Both the position numbers and the translations under genes were made by a program. The notes below the pieces were generated by a model. The model ran no database searches, was not told the origin of the DNA, and was given only the letters and a program-made list of their open reading frames with translations. Of a stretch of DNA of 64,000 nt, positions 1 through 10,877 are shown in pieces; position 1 is the stretch's first letter, and each line of letters starts with the position of its first letter. The stretch is from an uncultured Gammaproteobacteria bacterium (GTDB lineage Bacteria > Pseudomonadota > Gammaproteobacteria > JAIEPX01): positions 341,608 to 405,607 of the forward strand of contig CAVRXV010000005.1 in the NCBI GenBank assembly GCA_963725255.1, written 5' to 3'.

Positions 1-1950
1 TTGAGCTGATGCGGTTTTGTACTTTCAGCATGAAGCACGGCAAGATAAGAGAAAGGCGGTAAATTGACGGTGCGGCGTTCTTGCAATAAATTTTCTGCAA
101 AATATTGGTAGCCTTTAGTCAGTAATTCTGTGAGTAATGGGTGTGTAGGATCGTGAGATTGTATAATCACGGTTCCTTTTTTATCTTCGCGTCCTGCACG
201 ACCCGAAACTTGTACAATTAATTGTCCGAGTCTTTCAACAGCTCTAAAATCACTACAGAATAAAGCATTATCAACGTCGATGAGTCCCACTAATGTGACG
301 TTGGGGAAATGATGGCCCTTCGCTAGCATTTGTGTACCGATAAGAATTTGTTTTTCTCCATTTTTTATTTTTTCTAAAAAATCAGGCAATGAATTTTTTC
401 CTCGAGTTGTATCTTGATCAATTCGAATAATATCGATATTGGGAAATAATTTATTTAGATGCTGTTCCAGCCGTTCAGTGCCCAATCCTAAGGTAATTAA
501 CTGATCGCTCTTACATTGTAAACATGTTGAATAGAGAGGTCTTTGTGTTCCGCAGTGATGACAGCATAGCTGATTTTTTTGTTGATGAAATGTTAATTTG
601 GCGTCACAGTGCGGGCAATCGGCAGTCCATCCGCAGGAGTGACATAAAATCAAAGGGGCATAACCTCGACGATTTAAAAATAGAAGCACTTGATTATCGG
701 CATTTAAATGTTGTTTGATATTATCTATTAGTTCTTGTGATAATCCATTTTGTAATTTGACATGTCGTAAATCGATGAGTTTATATTGAAGTTCAGATGC
801 ATTGCCTACGCGTTGTGGAAGTCTAAGTTCAGTAAAGCGTTTCTGACTAATGTTGTATAAACTTTCTAAAGAAGGTGTCGCACTTCCCATAATAATCGGA
901 ATATTTAAATATTTACAACGCATCACAGCAAGGTCACGCGCGGAATATCGAAACCGTGATTGTTGTTTGAATGAAATATCATGTTCTTCGTCGAGAATAA
1001 TAATTCCCAAATTTGGCATTGGTGTTAATATGGCGGATCGTGTTCCAATTATAATTTTTGCTCGGCCGGATTGTGCATCAAGCCAAGCTTGTAATCGTTC
1101 ATTTTCAGAAAGGCGCGAGTGCAGAACGGCAATAGGTACATTAAATTTTGAAGTAAATCGTTCAATCGTTTGAGGGGTGAGCCCTATTTCAGGGACTAAG
1201 ACAATGGCTTGTTTTCCTTGCAATAATCGTTGTTCGATTGTGCGTAAATAAATTTCTGTTTTACCGCTACCAGTAACACCGTTGAGTAAAAAGCATTCAA
1301 AATTGTTTTGTAGATTAATTGCGTCTACTGCCTTTTTTTGTTCAAGATTTAACTCAAGTTTGCTCGTCATTAGAAATAATATTTGTGGAATTATCTGAGC
1401 TAGGGTTCGTTGAAGGGAAGATGATTTTTTTTTCTAAAGCTGTGCGTAAAATTGTTTGGCTAAAGCCGTGTTGTTTTAATTGAGAACCCGTTAAACCAGG
1501 TGTTAATAATAATATGTCGTAGAGTGCGCGTTGACGTATTGTCAGCTTAGGAAGTTCCTCTAGAGTGTTTGCATAAAAATGATCGTGTGTGCATTGTGTG
1601 AGTGAGCCCGCTTTACGAGCCATTGTTGGTAGAGCGGAATGTAGTACTTCACCCAAAGGGTGTTGGTAATAACGACTTGCCCATTCGCATAAGGCAATGA
1701 TCGAAGCGTCCAGCAGGGGCTCATCATCAAGAATTTTTGTAATTGCTTTAAGTTTCTCTTTAGGGAATTCGCTGTGCTCATCAACGCTAATGACAATACC
1801 CACTTTATTTTGCCTGCCAAAGGGCACCAAGACCCGTGTGCCGGCTTTTAAATGTGTTATGTTCACATTGTCGGGTGGTAAATAATCAAAATGCTGTCGC
1901 AGTGGTGTTGCGATGGCGACATGAATGATGTTGTTTATATGCGTTGTCAT
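1..1950 (-). CDS. priA: Primosomal protein N' (PriA), split by a frameshift near 1354-1433; runs off the window edge
   Basis: ORF 1354..1950 has the PriA N-terminus (FDYL..GTRVLVPFG..WASRYYQHPLGEV). The +1 frame continues LELNLEQKKAV..LNGVTGSGKTEIYL with helicase motifs, Cys pairs and GTQMLAKGHHFPNVTLV down to position 1. Confidence 0.9.
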
Positions 1951-2582
1951 CGTACTACTATATCAAAGCTAGATGATAAAAAAGAGCTTTATATCTATCC
2001 ACATATCAAGCTATTTAATTGTGTTTAATTACTTGATTTTTATATGTATTATATTTAAATGCCGATACTTAGGAAATATTTAAAAGATGTGCTATACTTA
2101 AAGTGAGCATGTAGGACGAGGATATTGTACCTGAACTAATATGCAATAGACGTTAGGGAGTACGTTTTGGATGGTGGTGTGCATGCCCGCCTTTGAGTGG
2201 GAAGCCTAAAGTCATTCTACTACTTCCGCCTTATAGGAAGAGAGCTCAGTTTACTATTCTTGCCCTATGGCTCCTTTATGATCAGAATCTGTAACTACGC
2301 ACCACATAATGGAAACGTCCATATTTCACCCAACCTGGACAAAATCTGAACGTTTTAGCCATTCCTGCCAAGGTGTGAATGGTTAACAGAATCTAGGATA
2401 ATTCAACTTCATAGTGCAGAGTCCTGCGAATAAACAATGATGTCTTCAATCTTTCAATAGGTAATAAATTACATTAGATAGGGTAAAAGTTCTCTAGATT
2501 TGGAGTCTGGTCAGTTATATTATCCTAGATTCTGTACTGGCTAATGGAAGTTGCGATTTAAGGGATTGATGGGGAGGTTATC

Positions 2583-3191
2583 ATGGAAGATCAAGTGGAA
2601 TCCAGGGAAGCTCAAGAGGGACTGGCGGTCAAATTTGAAAGCTTTTCAGACTTGTGTGCAGTCATCTCAAAGGAAATCGATCGAGGAAACAATAATCATC
2701 AAATATTCATTCGTTTTTTAGAATCAATTCTCTTTGAGATCAAGAGTGAAACCAAAAAAATTACATCTATTGGCAACGCAAAAATTGAAAATGTAACTGA
2801 ATTTGAAAATAAAATTATGGCAAAAGCAATAATAAATTGTTTGTCTGAAATTAAAGATATGGTTCAAGATGCTCTTATAGAAATACTGAATGAAGAATCA
2901 GAATTTAAAAATAAATTAGAGAATGAATGGTTGCCTGAAATAAAAAAAATATTTTTGGAAGTCTTGCGCCTCGAACTAAAAGAGAAGAAGGAATATAAAG
3001 GTAGAAATGAAGAAGAGTGGTTGATGCCATTAATTTATTTTTTGTCAGTGTTGTCTAATAAAGATCAAAAAAGACCTCAGCATTCTGTCTCGTTACCGGT
3101 CAATTTGTCGGCTGTCCAGCCTGCTGGAGATAGTTCATCGCCACGACGGCCAAACCGTGCAGATGATCAATCAAGAGCAAGTCAATCCTAG
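2583..3191 (+). CDS. Hypothetical helical protein (possibly N-part of a frameshifted gene with 3157..3669)
   Basis: 202-aa ORF with GGGGAGG RBS; no recognisable motif. Confidence 0.6.
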   Translation: MEDQVESREAQEGLAVKFESFSDLCAVISKEIDRGNNNHQIFIRFLESILFEIKSETKKITSIGNAKIENVTEFENKIMAKAIINCLSEIKDMVQDALIEILNEESEFKNKLENEWLPEIKKIFLEVLRLELKEKKEYKGRNEEEWLMPLIYFLSVLSNKDQKRPQHSVSLPVNLSAVQPAGDSSSPRRPNRADDQSRASQS

Positions 3192-3669
3192 ATTGGTAGC
3201 GCCTCCATCACCCAAAGAAACGATCCTTAGTCCAAAAAAGCAGGAACGGAGTGGGCGAAAAGTTTCTTTTGATTTCCAGGCTTTTCCAGAAAACGAGAGT
3301 TCATTACATCATGGATCTCAACATGGATATCCGTTGGCTAAAAAGGGTGCTGATACTTCTAATCTTGAATTGAAAGGAGGGGTAAATTCAGCCGCAGTAA
3401 GTCGAGGAGATCGAAAAAGTTCAAATGATAGTAAGAACAAGCCGCATAAAGGAAATTCGGCAGTAGTAGTTCATAGTGCAGCTCCGCCACCGTCGCCAGT
3501 CATGGCAGAAAAAGATCAAACTCAAGGCAATAAAGCACCTGCACCTAATCAAAAAAGCCGAAGAGTTTCGTTACCCCACAGATTTACTAACTTTGTTCAA
3601 CGCTTTCGAAAGGGACCGGATGATGAAGATAGCCCAGACTCTACAGCTGACACTAGTAAATCAATATAA
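3157..3669 (+). CDS. Hypothetical S/P/K-rich disordered protein
   Basis: 170-aa low-complexity ORF overlapping the previous ORF in the +1 frame; acidic C-terminus. Confidence 0.5.
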   Translation: MQMINQEQVNPRLVAPPSPKETILSPKKQERSGRKVSFDFQAFPENESSLHHGSQHGYPLAKKGADTSNLELKGGVNSAAVSRGDRKSSNDSKNKPHKGNSAVVVHSAAPPPSPVMAEKDQTQGNKAPAPNQKSRRVSLPHRFTNFVQRFRKGPDDEDSPDSTADTSKSI

Positions 3670-3734
3670 AATGAAGTAGAAGATGTAGGGGGGGCAAGTC
3701 TAACAATTTATTCTGACCAGACCTTTTTACTTTA

Positions 3735-5846
3735 TTGATGAGCTTACGGATGAAGCATTACAAAAAATTGTTGGCACTATCATTCCTTTTGATGGGAATG
3801 ATCGGGTGTGATCAAGTGTGGAATAATCCACACGAATCTGATGCCATGGATGAAATGATTGGGTATAGTTCTTTTTCTGAACCTCCCAAAACACTCGATC
3901 CTGCTAAATCTTATTCGGCAGATGAAATTCGATTTACTGCTCAAATTTATGAGCCGCTGCTTCAATATAATTATCTAAAACGTCCCTATACCTTGGAACC
4001 CTTAACAGCGACGGCACTTCCAAAGGTCGATTATGTGGATGAAAACGGGGCTGTTTTTAGTCGATATGACATTACTATTAAAACTAAAATTTATTATTAT
4101 CCACATCCGGCCTTTGCTCGAGAACAAAATGGTCAATTTGACTATCAGACAATGCAAGAATCTGCATTGGGAACGATAGACAGCCTGGATGAATTTCCTA
4201 TCACGAGTACTCGTGAACTCATTGCTGATGACTACATTTATGAAATGAAACGATTGGCAGATCCTCGCGTTTCTTCGCCAATTTACGGGGTGATGTCTCA
4301 ATATATTGTGGGGATGAAAGAATTTCACGACGAAATATTGGAGATGATGAAAAAGAATAATGCCATAGATTTACGAAATCTCGAAATATCGGGTGTGAAA
4401 AAAATTGATGCGTATCATTTTCAAATTACATTAAAAGGAAAATACCCTCAATTTAGTTATTGGCTTGCTATGCCATTTTTTTCACCGGTTCCGTGGGAGG
4501 TCGATCGATTTTACTCGCAGCCAGGACTGAGTGCGCATAACTTGACATTAGGATGGTTTCCTGTGGGTACAGGGCCCTATTATTTATCAGAAAATAATCC
4601 TAATCAGCGTATGGTATTACGAGAGAATCCATTTTATCAACGTGATTATTTTCCGGAGTTGAGTGATGATTCCAGTGATGTTGCAAAAGGTTATTTAATC
4701 AACGCTGGAAAAAAACTCCCACTTGTTAAAAAATTTGTTTTTAGTCTTGAAAAAGAATCCATTCCGCGCTGGAATAAATTTCTACAGGGTTACTATGATA
4801 GTTCGGCAATAGCTTCAGATAGTTTTGATCAGGCTATACGAATCGATGAAAATGGTGTGCCTGATTTGACGCCCGAATTAAAAGATCACGGCATTCGATT
4901 AGAGACTGTTGTCAGCCCGAGTATATTTTACATGGGTTTTAATATGCTAGACCCTATCGTGGGTGGAAACAGCGAGAAAAATAAGAAATTGAGACAAGCT
5001 ATTTCTGCAGCGATCGACTTCTACGAATATATCGCCATTTTTGATAATGGTCGTGGATTGGCTGCTCAAGGACCAATTCCACCCGGAATTTTTGGTTATG
5101 TGGATGATAACAATCCAATTACTCATCTATCATTAGAGCAAGCAAAACAATTATTGAGTGAAGCAGGATATCCGAACGGACGTAATGAACACACAGGGCA
5201 ACCATTACTGCTAAATTATGATGCGCCATCATCGAGCGGGCCCGACGATAAAGCTCGTTTTGATTGGTTGAGAAAACAATTTGCGAAATTAGGCATAGAG
5301 CTCAACATTCGCAGTACAGAATATAATCGATTTCAAGAAAACATGAGAACAGGTACGGAGCAAATTTTTATGTGGGGTTGGAATGCCGACTATCCAGACC
5401 CTGAAAATTTTCTTTTTTTACTGTACGGCCCTAATGGGAAAGTAAAATATGGTGGAGAAAATGCGGCAAATTATACTAATTCAGAATTTGATGAATTGTT
5501 TGATAAAATGAAAAACATGCAGAACTCTGATGAGCGAGCTGCTATTATTCAGAAAATGATTGATATAGTACGTCAAGATTCTCCATGGGCCTTCGGTGTT
5601 TTTCCAAAAGATTATGTATTGAATCATCAGTGGATGTCGCCCGTTAAAATGAACGTTATTGCCAATAATACGTTGAAATTTGTTGATCTAAATGCTTCTT
5701 TGAGGGCAAAATTAATCTCTAAATGGAACAAGCCTCGAATTTGGCCAATTATAGTTATCATAGGATTATTACTTGTGATGTTTATACCCGTTGTAATTAG
5801 TTATATTCGACGAGAGCATACTTCCATTAAAAAGGTAAAGCGCTAA
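3735..5846 (+). CDS. Peptide/nickel ABC transporter substrate-binding lipoprotein (SBP family 5)
   Basis: Lipobox-like MIGC, TLDPA, IYEPLL, PVGTGPY, WNADYPDPENF; extra C-terminal TM helix. Confidence 0.9.
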   Translation: MMSLRMKHYKKLLALSFLLMGMIGCDQVWNNPHESDAMDEMIGYSSFSEPPKTLDPAKSYSADEIRFTAQIYEPLLQYNYLKRPYTLEPLTATALPKVDYVDENGAVFSRYDITIKTKIYYYPHPAFAREQNGQFDYQTMQESALGTIDSLDEFPITSTRELIADDYIYEMKRLADPRVSSPIYGVMSQYIVGMKEFHDEILEMMKKNNAIDLRNLEISGVKKIDAYHFQITLKGKYPQFSYWLAMPFFSPVPWEVDRFYSQPGLSAHNLTLGWFPVGTGPYYLSENNPNQRMVLRENPFYQRDYFPELSDDSSDVAKGYLINAGKKLPLVKKFVFSLEKESIPRWNKFLQGYYDSSAIASDSFDQAIRIDENGVPDLTPELKDHGIRLETVVSPSIFYMGFNMLDPIVGGNSEKNKKLRQAISAAIDFYEYIAIFDNGRGLAAQGPIPPGIFGYVDDNNPITHLSLEQAKQLLSEAGYPNGRNEHTGQPLLLNYDAPSSSGPDDKARFDWLRKQFAKLGIELNIRSTEYNRFQENMRTGTEQIFMWGWNADYPDPENFLFLLYGPNGKVKYGGENAANYTNSEFDELFDKMKNMQNSDERAAIIQKMIDIVRQDSPWAFGVFPKDYVLNHQWMSPVKMNVIANNTLKFVDLNASLRAKLISKWNKPRIWPIIVIIGLLLVMFIPVVISYIRREHTSIKKVKR

Positions 5847-6823
5847 TGTGGACCTATATCATTCGTCGTATTTTATATGCAATACCCATTTTGATTGGTG
5901 TAAATACCCTAACTTTCTTGTTGTTTTTCATTGTTAATTCTCCTGATGATATGGCCAGGATGCATTTAGGAAATAAACATGTTACTCAAATTGAGATTGA
6001 TGCTTGGAAAAAAAGCGAGGGATATGATAAGCCTCTTTTTTATCATTCTGGTAAAAATGGGATAGCTAAAGTTACAGATACGTTGTTTACTACGAAATCA
6101 CTCAATTTATTTACATTTGAGTTTGGTATTTCAGATAGCGGCCGTGATATCAGTAATGATATTTACCAAAGAATGTGGCCATCATTAGCAATCGCGATTC
6201 CGTCATTAATTGTAGGTTTATTTTTTGATATCAGTGTGGCTATGCTGATGGCATTTTTTCGTGGAACTTATGTGGATTATACAGGGGTTGGGGTGTGCGT
6301 GATATTAATGTCCATTTCGTCACTGTTTTATATCATGGGAGGTCAGTTTATTATTGCAAAATTACTTAGATTAGTGCCGATTTCTGGTTATGAATCTGGT
6401 TTCGATGCTTTTAAATTTCTGATTTTGCCTGTCCTTATTGGTATTGTAAGTGGTATTGGTTCGGGTGCACGATGGTATAGAACAATTTTTTTAGAAGAGA
6501 TCAACAAGGAATATGTGAGAACCGCACGAGCCAAAGGGCTTTCTGAACAAAAAGTGTTGTTCACTCATATTTTAAAAAATGCCATGCTACCTATCCTGAC
6601 TGGAATTGTTGCTATATTGCCATTGTTATTTATGGGAAGTTTAATCTTAGAATCCTTTTTTGGGATTCCTGGCTTGGGAAGTTATACCATCGATGCAATT
6701 AGGATGCAGGATTTTGATATTGTTAGAGTGATGGTTTTTTTAGGAACAGTATTATATATTTTAGGATTAGTGCTCACCGATATTTCCTATGTTCTCGTTG
6801 ATCCTCGAGTGAGGTTAAAATAA
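5846..6823 (+). CDS. Peptide ABC transporter permease (OppB/DppB-like)
   Basis: YIIRR N-terminus, EYVRTARAKGLS EAA loop, DISYVLVDPRV end. Confidence 0.92.
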   Translation: MWTYIIRRILYAIPILIGVNTLTFLLFFIVNSPDDMARMHLGNKHVTQIEIDAWKKSEGYDKPLFYHSGKNGIAKVTDTLFTTKSLNLFTFEFGISDSGRDISNDIYQRMWPSLAIAIPSLIVGLFFDISVAMLMAFFRGTYVDYTGVGVCVILMSISSLFYIMGGQFIIAKLLRLVPISGYESGFDAFKFLILPVLIGIVSGIGSGARWYRTIFLEEINKEYVRTARAKGLSEQKVLFTHILKNAMLPILTGIVAILPLLFMGSLILESFFGIPGLGSYTIDAIRMQDFDIVRVMVFLGTVLYILGLVLTDISYVLVDPRVRLK

Positions 6824-6830
6824 CATTTGA

Positions 6831-7835
6831 TCATTCAAGCATAGTGTCAACGAATAAGTAATCATTTTTTGCGTCCCAGTTAATACTCCACATCATCACA
6901 CCTCCAAGATTAGGATACGTAGCTGATGGTGTATATTTTGCACATTCCTCACCTGTTTTGAGACAAGCTAGCGCTTTCTTGATAGCTTTTGGATCAATAT
7001 AGCCGTGATTTGCAGCTTTTTTTGTTGCGGGTAATCCGATGACATATTTTGTTTCTGGATCCTTTAGGCCTCTTTTTTTCCATGATTGTATAGTGCTATC
7101 GGCTTGGGAAACAATAAAATCTTGAGTGCCAGGCTCATAGCATGGACTATTCGATTTAAAACTTCGTTTGCATGTCGAATTATATAATTGTACCGATACT
7201 AAATTAATTAAACCTGAATTAATAACGCGATCATATTTACCTTGAGAAGTTTGCCAGTGTACGTCAACAGCTTCTGGAGCAACAGTGAATAACAATGGGT
7301 CGCCTTTGTTAAGGTAATCATCATGTAGTTTTTGAGTGACATTGAGAAGATAAGTTGATTCCAAGCTGTTTACCTTGCCTTCTAGGTCAAAATCGATTCC
7401 ATTGAATCCATAGTCATCAATGATTTTTTCAAGTGATTGTACAAATTCGTTCGCTTTTTTTTCGTTATCAACGTGTAAAAATGATTTTGAGCTGCCGCCA
7501 CCAATGGATAACAAAACTTTGACCCCTCTATTTTGGAGTGTTTGAATATCTTCTTTGAATACATCGCTGCTGTTCACTATGCCTTTATACGCTGGGGCTG
7601 CTAAATTAAACACTACGGTTCCATTTGTATTTACCGTTGCAAAAGCAATATTCACGATAGAATATCCTTTAGGAACTTCAGTGAGGCGAATTGGCGATGC
7701 AGAGTTTTTGAAGTTTTGATAGTAGCCAATTAATAGAGGATGTGAATTCGAATGGTTGGGTTTTGCATAAGCAAAAGAGGATGTGATAAGCAGTGAGCAA
7801 ATAAAAAACGCTATGGTTTTGTCAATCATTGTCAT
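6831..7835 (-). CDS. Secreted GH18 chitinase
   Basis: Signal peptide, KVLLSIGG, FNGIDFDLE (DxDxE), GGVMMWSINWD. Confidence 0.9.
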   Translation of the reverse strand: MTMIDKTIAFFICSLLITSSFAYAKPNHSNSHPLLIGYYQNFKNSASPIRLTEVPKGYSIVNIAFATVNTNGTVVFNLAAPAYKGIVNSSDVFKEDIQTLQNRGVKVLLSIGGGSSKSFLHVDNEKKANEFVQSLEKIIDDYGFNGIDFDLEGKVNSLESTYLLNVTQKLHDDYLNKGDPLLFTVAPEAVDVHWQTSQGKYDRVINSGLINLVSVQLYNSTCKRSFKSNSPCYEPGTQDFIVSQADSTIQSWKKRGLKDPETKYVIGLPATKKAANHGYIDPKAIKKALACLKTGEECAKYTPSATYPNLGGVMMWSINWDAKNDYLFVDTMLE

Positions 7836-7862
7836 TTCCTTAAAATGGTTTCTATATCCAGG

Positions 7863-10694
7863 TTAGGATTGTACGCCAGCACGAACTAAATGGAGAGTTC
7901 CTTCACCGCAATGTTCGCTAATTTGTTGCTTTATTATAGTTCTCAGTCGAATCGCTTCACTGAATTCTTCGCTTTCAGGCATAATGGGTTCGCCGACCCA
8001 AATGCGAAGAAATGAGGGTGAAAACAATCTATTACTGCCAGTCAGCATTGTTCGAGTGCCGCGCAGTGCAATCGGACAAAGAGCAGTATGAGTCTCGACT
8101 GCGAGTTTAAAAGCGCCTAATTTAAAAGGTAACAATCCAATTGAAGAACTGAATGTTCCTTCGGGAAAAATCAAGATGGAATTTTTTTCATCGAGGGCAC
8201 TTTTAATATGGCCCATATCTTGAAGGCTATTAACAAAGTCGAGCCGATCAACGGTTAGGTAACGTAAGTGTTTAACGAATGAGCGCAGCAATGCTGCATT
8301 GAGTATTTCTTTCTTACCAACAAATCGTACACCGGCAGGTAATGTCGCGATGAGTAGCAGTGAATCAACATAACTTGCATGATTAGAGACATAAATCATA
8401 GCTTGCTTCGGTTTTAAAAATTTCTTGCCACTAACTTTGATAGGGCATCCTAAGAGTAAAAAAATCGATTTTGCCCAATATTTCATGACTAGTGAGGTTG
8501 CCCTGTAAGGTAGAATCGTGATTAGTGACCACACTGGTAGAATAAATACAGCAATGACTGCAAGTAAGTAGGTTGTATAAATCAGCTTAGCAACAGTTGT
8601 TAAATACCCAAGACATTTTTTTAAACCCATAATGATAAAAAGTTTACTCATTTGCAATACTATAGGAGTATGTTTGTGAATAAGTCGACCTTGTTCATAG
8701 GCTTTTTTGCAGGCATTGCGCTGTAATTTTCCGCTCGATGTTTTTGATATTGTTTCAGGAGGGGCAGTAATGACTTCGTCAGGAGGAATTCCAATAGTCA
8801 TTGCGACACGTTCTATGATGGCGGCTTGAATGCTGTCTTGAGCTTCTTTATTTTTTTCGTGTGTTTCTGCAACAATAATTAATTTTTCAGTGCCCTTACG
8901 TTTGTCTGCCGTACCAAATGCAATTACACGACCTTTTCGTACTCCTGGCACTTGTTCAACAATATCTTCGACTTCTTGAGGGTAAATATTACGACCTGAT
9001 TTAATAATAAGGTCTTTAGCTCGACCCGTTATGTAAAGATTGCCATCAGCAATATATCCTAGATCGCCAGTTGACCACCATCCGTTATGAAAAGCAGCTT
9101 CAGTTGCAGTGGGATTTTGAAAATAGCCTTGCATAGCGGAAGGGCCTTGAAATTGTAAGTGACCTACATTGCGTTCTGATAATTCATTGTCAATGTCATC
9201 AACAATTCGAATTTTGTGATCAGGGATGGGTTTTCCACATGAAACAAATTCATGGAATTTTTTTGTGTTGGAAAGAGCTGGTTTTGCGGTATTTGTTTCA
9301 TCCATGATGATGCGATCGACTCGATCGATTTTCGGTTCTTTTCCTAAATCAGGAATAGTGAGAGCAACGGAATTTTCAGCTAGTCCATAAACAGGTGCGA
9401 GAGAAGTTGCCTTAAAACCATAAGGAGTAAATTTTTTAATAAATCGTTCAAGCGTTCGCGGGTAAATCGCTTCCGCACCATTAAAGGCAAATCGCCAAGA
9501 ACTTAAATCAAGTCCCGCTAATTTTTTTTCGTTAATTTTGCTGAGACAAAGTTCGTAAGCAAAATTCGGTGCAGCAGAGATCGTTGCGCGATGATAGTGA
9601 ATGGCCCACAACCATTTTTCAGGGTGTGTTAAAAAAGTGATAGGAGACATAATAGTGATTGGAACACCGTAATATAAACTTCCTAACCAAGTTCCTATGA
9701 GTCCCATATCGTGATAAAGCGGTAACCAACTGACAACTACATCTGTGGGCTGAATATTAAGGACTTTTCCAATACAACGAATGTTATTCAACAAATTAGC
9801 ATGAGTGAGTTGTACGCCTTTAGGGTCACCGGTGCTTCCGGAAGTGTATTGAATGAGAGCAAGTTGCTGGTTATTTAAAGTGGGTAAAGGTAATGGATTT
9901 TGATGCGTTGAAAGTTCAGATACTGTTGTCACATCATTTAAGCATGCAACATATTGCCGTAAAACATTGGATAATGTAGAAACGGCTGGAAATGTAATTA
10001 ATGTATGGGCCTTTGCATTAGTAAGAATTTTAGTTTCATGTTTAATGTATTCTTCTATGAGGTTTGCTCTAAAGGGTGGATAAATGGGAACAGGTATTCC
10101 ACCCGCTAATAAGATGCCAAAAAATGCACTGAAAAAATCGGGAGAAGTTGGCAGCATAATGGCGACGGTTTGCTGAGGAGATAATTCACGATGCAATAAA
10201 CCTTGTGCAACGGCCGTGGCCGACTCCAATAATTTTCCGTAAGAGATGATACTTTCTTCGCCGTGGCTATCGTGAAGATAGATGTGAGGCCGATTTGGTT
10301 CTTGTGTGCCATATTGATAAAGTAAATCAACTAAAGTTGTAGCCGATTGAGGATCAATCACACTCGCTTTAAGATGAGGAACATGCTCACCGGTGGATGG
10401 CTGGAGTAAGGGATTAGCTTTTTTGATAGCTTCTGCAAGATCTTGAAGAGATACTGCCTCGGTAAGCAATATTTCTGGTAAGGTAATATCGAAAGCTTGC
10501 TCCGTACGATGTAATAACTCAGCTTTCTCTACACTTCCTATCCCTAATTCTCTCTGTAGGTCAGCTGACATTGAGACGACATTGAGGGCTCGTTGATGCT
10601 CAAGATCAACGAGAAGTTGCCGTGTGATACTAAGCAGTCGATCTTCAATGTCCAGTGATGGCTCCAACCTAATTACCCTTATATGTTCGTTCAA
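7863..10694 (-). CDS. ACP + fatty acyl-AMP ligase + PlsC-like acyltransferase fusion
   Basis: N-terminal carrier domain (ELGIGS), QYTSGSTGDPKGV, SWLPLYHDMGLIG, YGLAE, KTSSGK; C-terminal NHASYVD and FPEGT. Confidence 0.88.
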   Translation of the reverse strand: MNEHIRVIRLEPSLDIEDRLLSITRQLLVDLEHQRALNVVSMSADLQRELGIGSVEKAELLHRTEQAFDITLPEILLTEAVSLQDLAEAIKKANPLLQPSTGEHVPHLKASVIDPQSATTLVDLLYQYGTQEPNRPHIYLHDSHGEESIISYGKLLESATAVAQGLLHRELSPQQTVAIMLPTSPDFFSAFFGILLAGGIPVPIYPPFRANLIEEYIKHETKILTNAKAHTLITFPAVSTLSNVLRQYVACLNDVTTVSELSTHQNPLPLPTLNNQQLALIQYTSGSTGDPKGVQLTHANLLNNIRCIGKVLNIQPTDVVVSWLPLYHDMGLIGTWLGSLYYGVPITIMSPITFLTHPEKWLWAIHYHRATISAAPNFAYELCLSKINEKKLAGLDLSSWRFAFNGAEAIYPRTLERFIKKFTPYGFKATSLAPVYGLAENSVALTIPDLGKEPKIDRVDRIIMDETNTAKPALSNTKKFHEFVSCGKPIPDHKIRIVDDIDNELSERNVGHLQFQGPSAMQGYFQNPTATEAAFHNGWWSTGDLGYIADGNLYITGRAKDLIIKSGRNIYPQEVEDIVEQVPGVRKGRVIAFGTADKRKGTEKLIIVAETHEKNKEAQDSIQAAIIERVAMTIGIPPDEVITAPPETISKTSSGKLQRNACKKAYEQGRLIHKHTPIVLQMSKLFIIMGLKKCLGYLTTVAKLIYTTYLLAVIAVFILPVWSLITILPYRATSLVMKYWAKSIFLLLGCPIKVSGKKFLKPKQAMIYVSNHASYVDSLLLIATLPAGVRFVGKKEILNAALLRSFVKHLRYLTVDRLDFVNSLQDMGHIKSALDEKNSILIFPEGTFSSSIGLLPFKLGAFKLAVETHTALCPIALRGTRTMLTGSNRLFSPSFLRIWVGEPIMPESEEFSEAIRLRTIIKQQISEHCGEGTLHLVRAGVQS

Positions 10695-10877
10695 AGGAAC
10701 ACCTAAGTTTAACGATTATCTCGATTTGGTCAATACAATCTGAGAAGTTGCGCCCTCTTACGCGTAACGTTATTATGGCTTGTTGATACTGATCACCATT
10801 AGCCCAGGCTGAATATCAATTTTCAAAGGGTAAAGTGATGTTAGATTTTCTAGAAATACATTAATTCGGGGGCTTGG

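Noticed and set aside
524-1885. Plus-strand ORFs 524..718, 850..1173, 1697..1885
   Set aside because: Antisense shadows of priA
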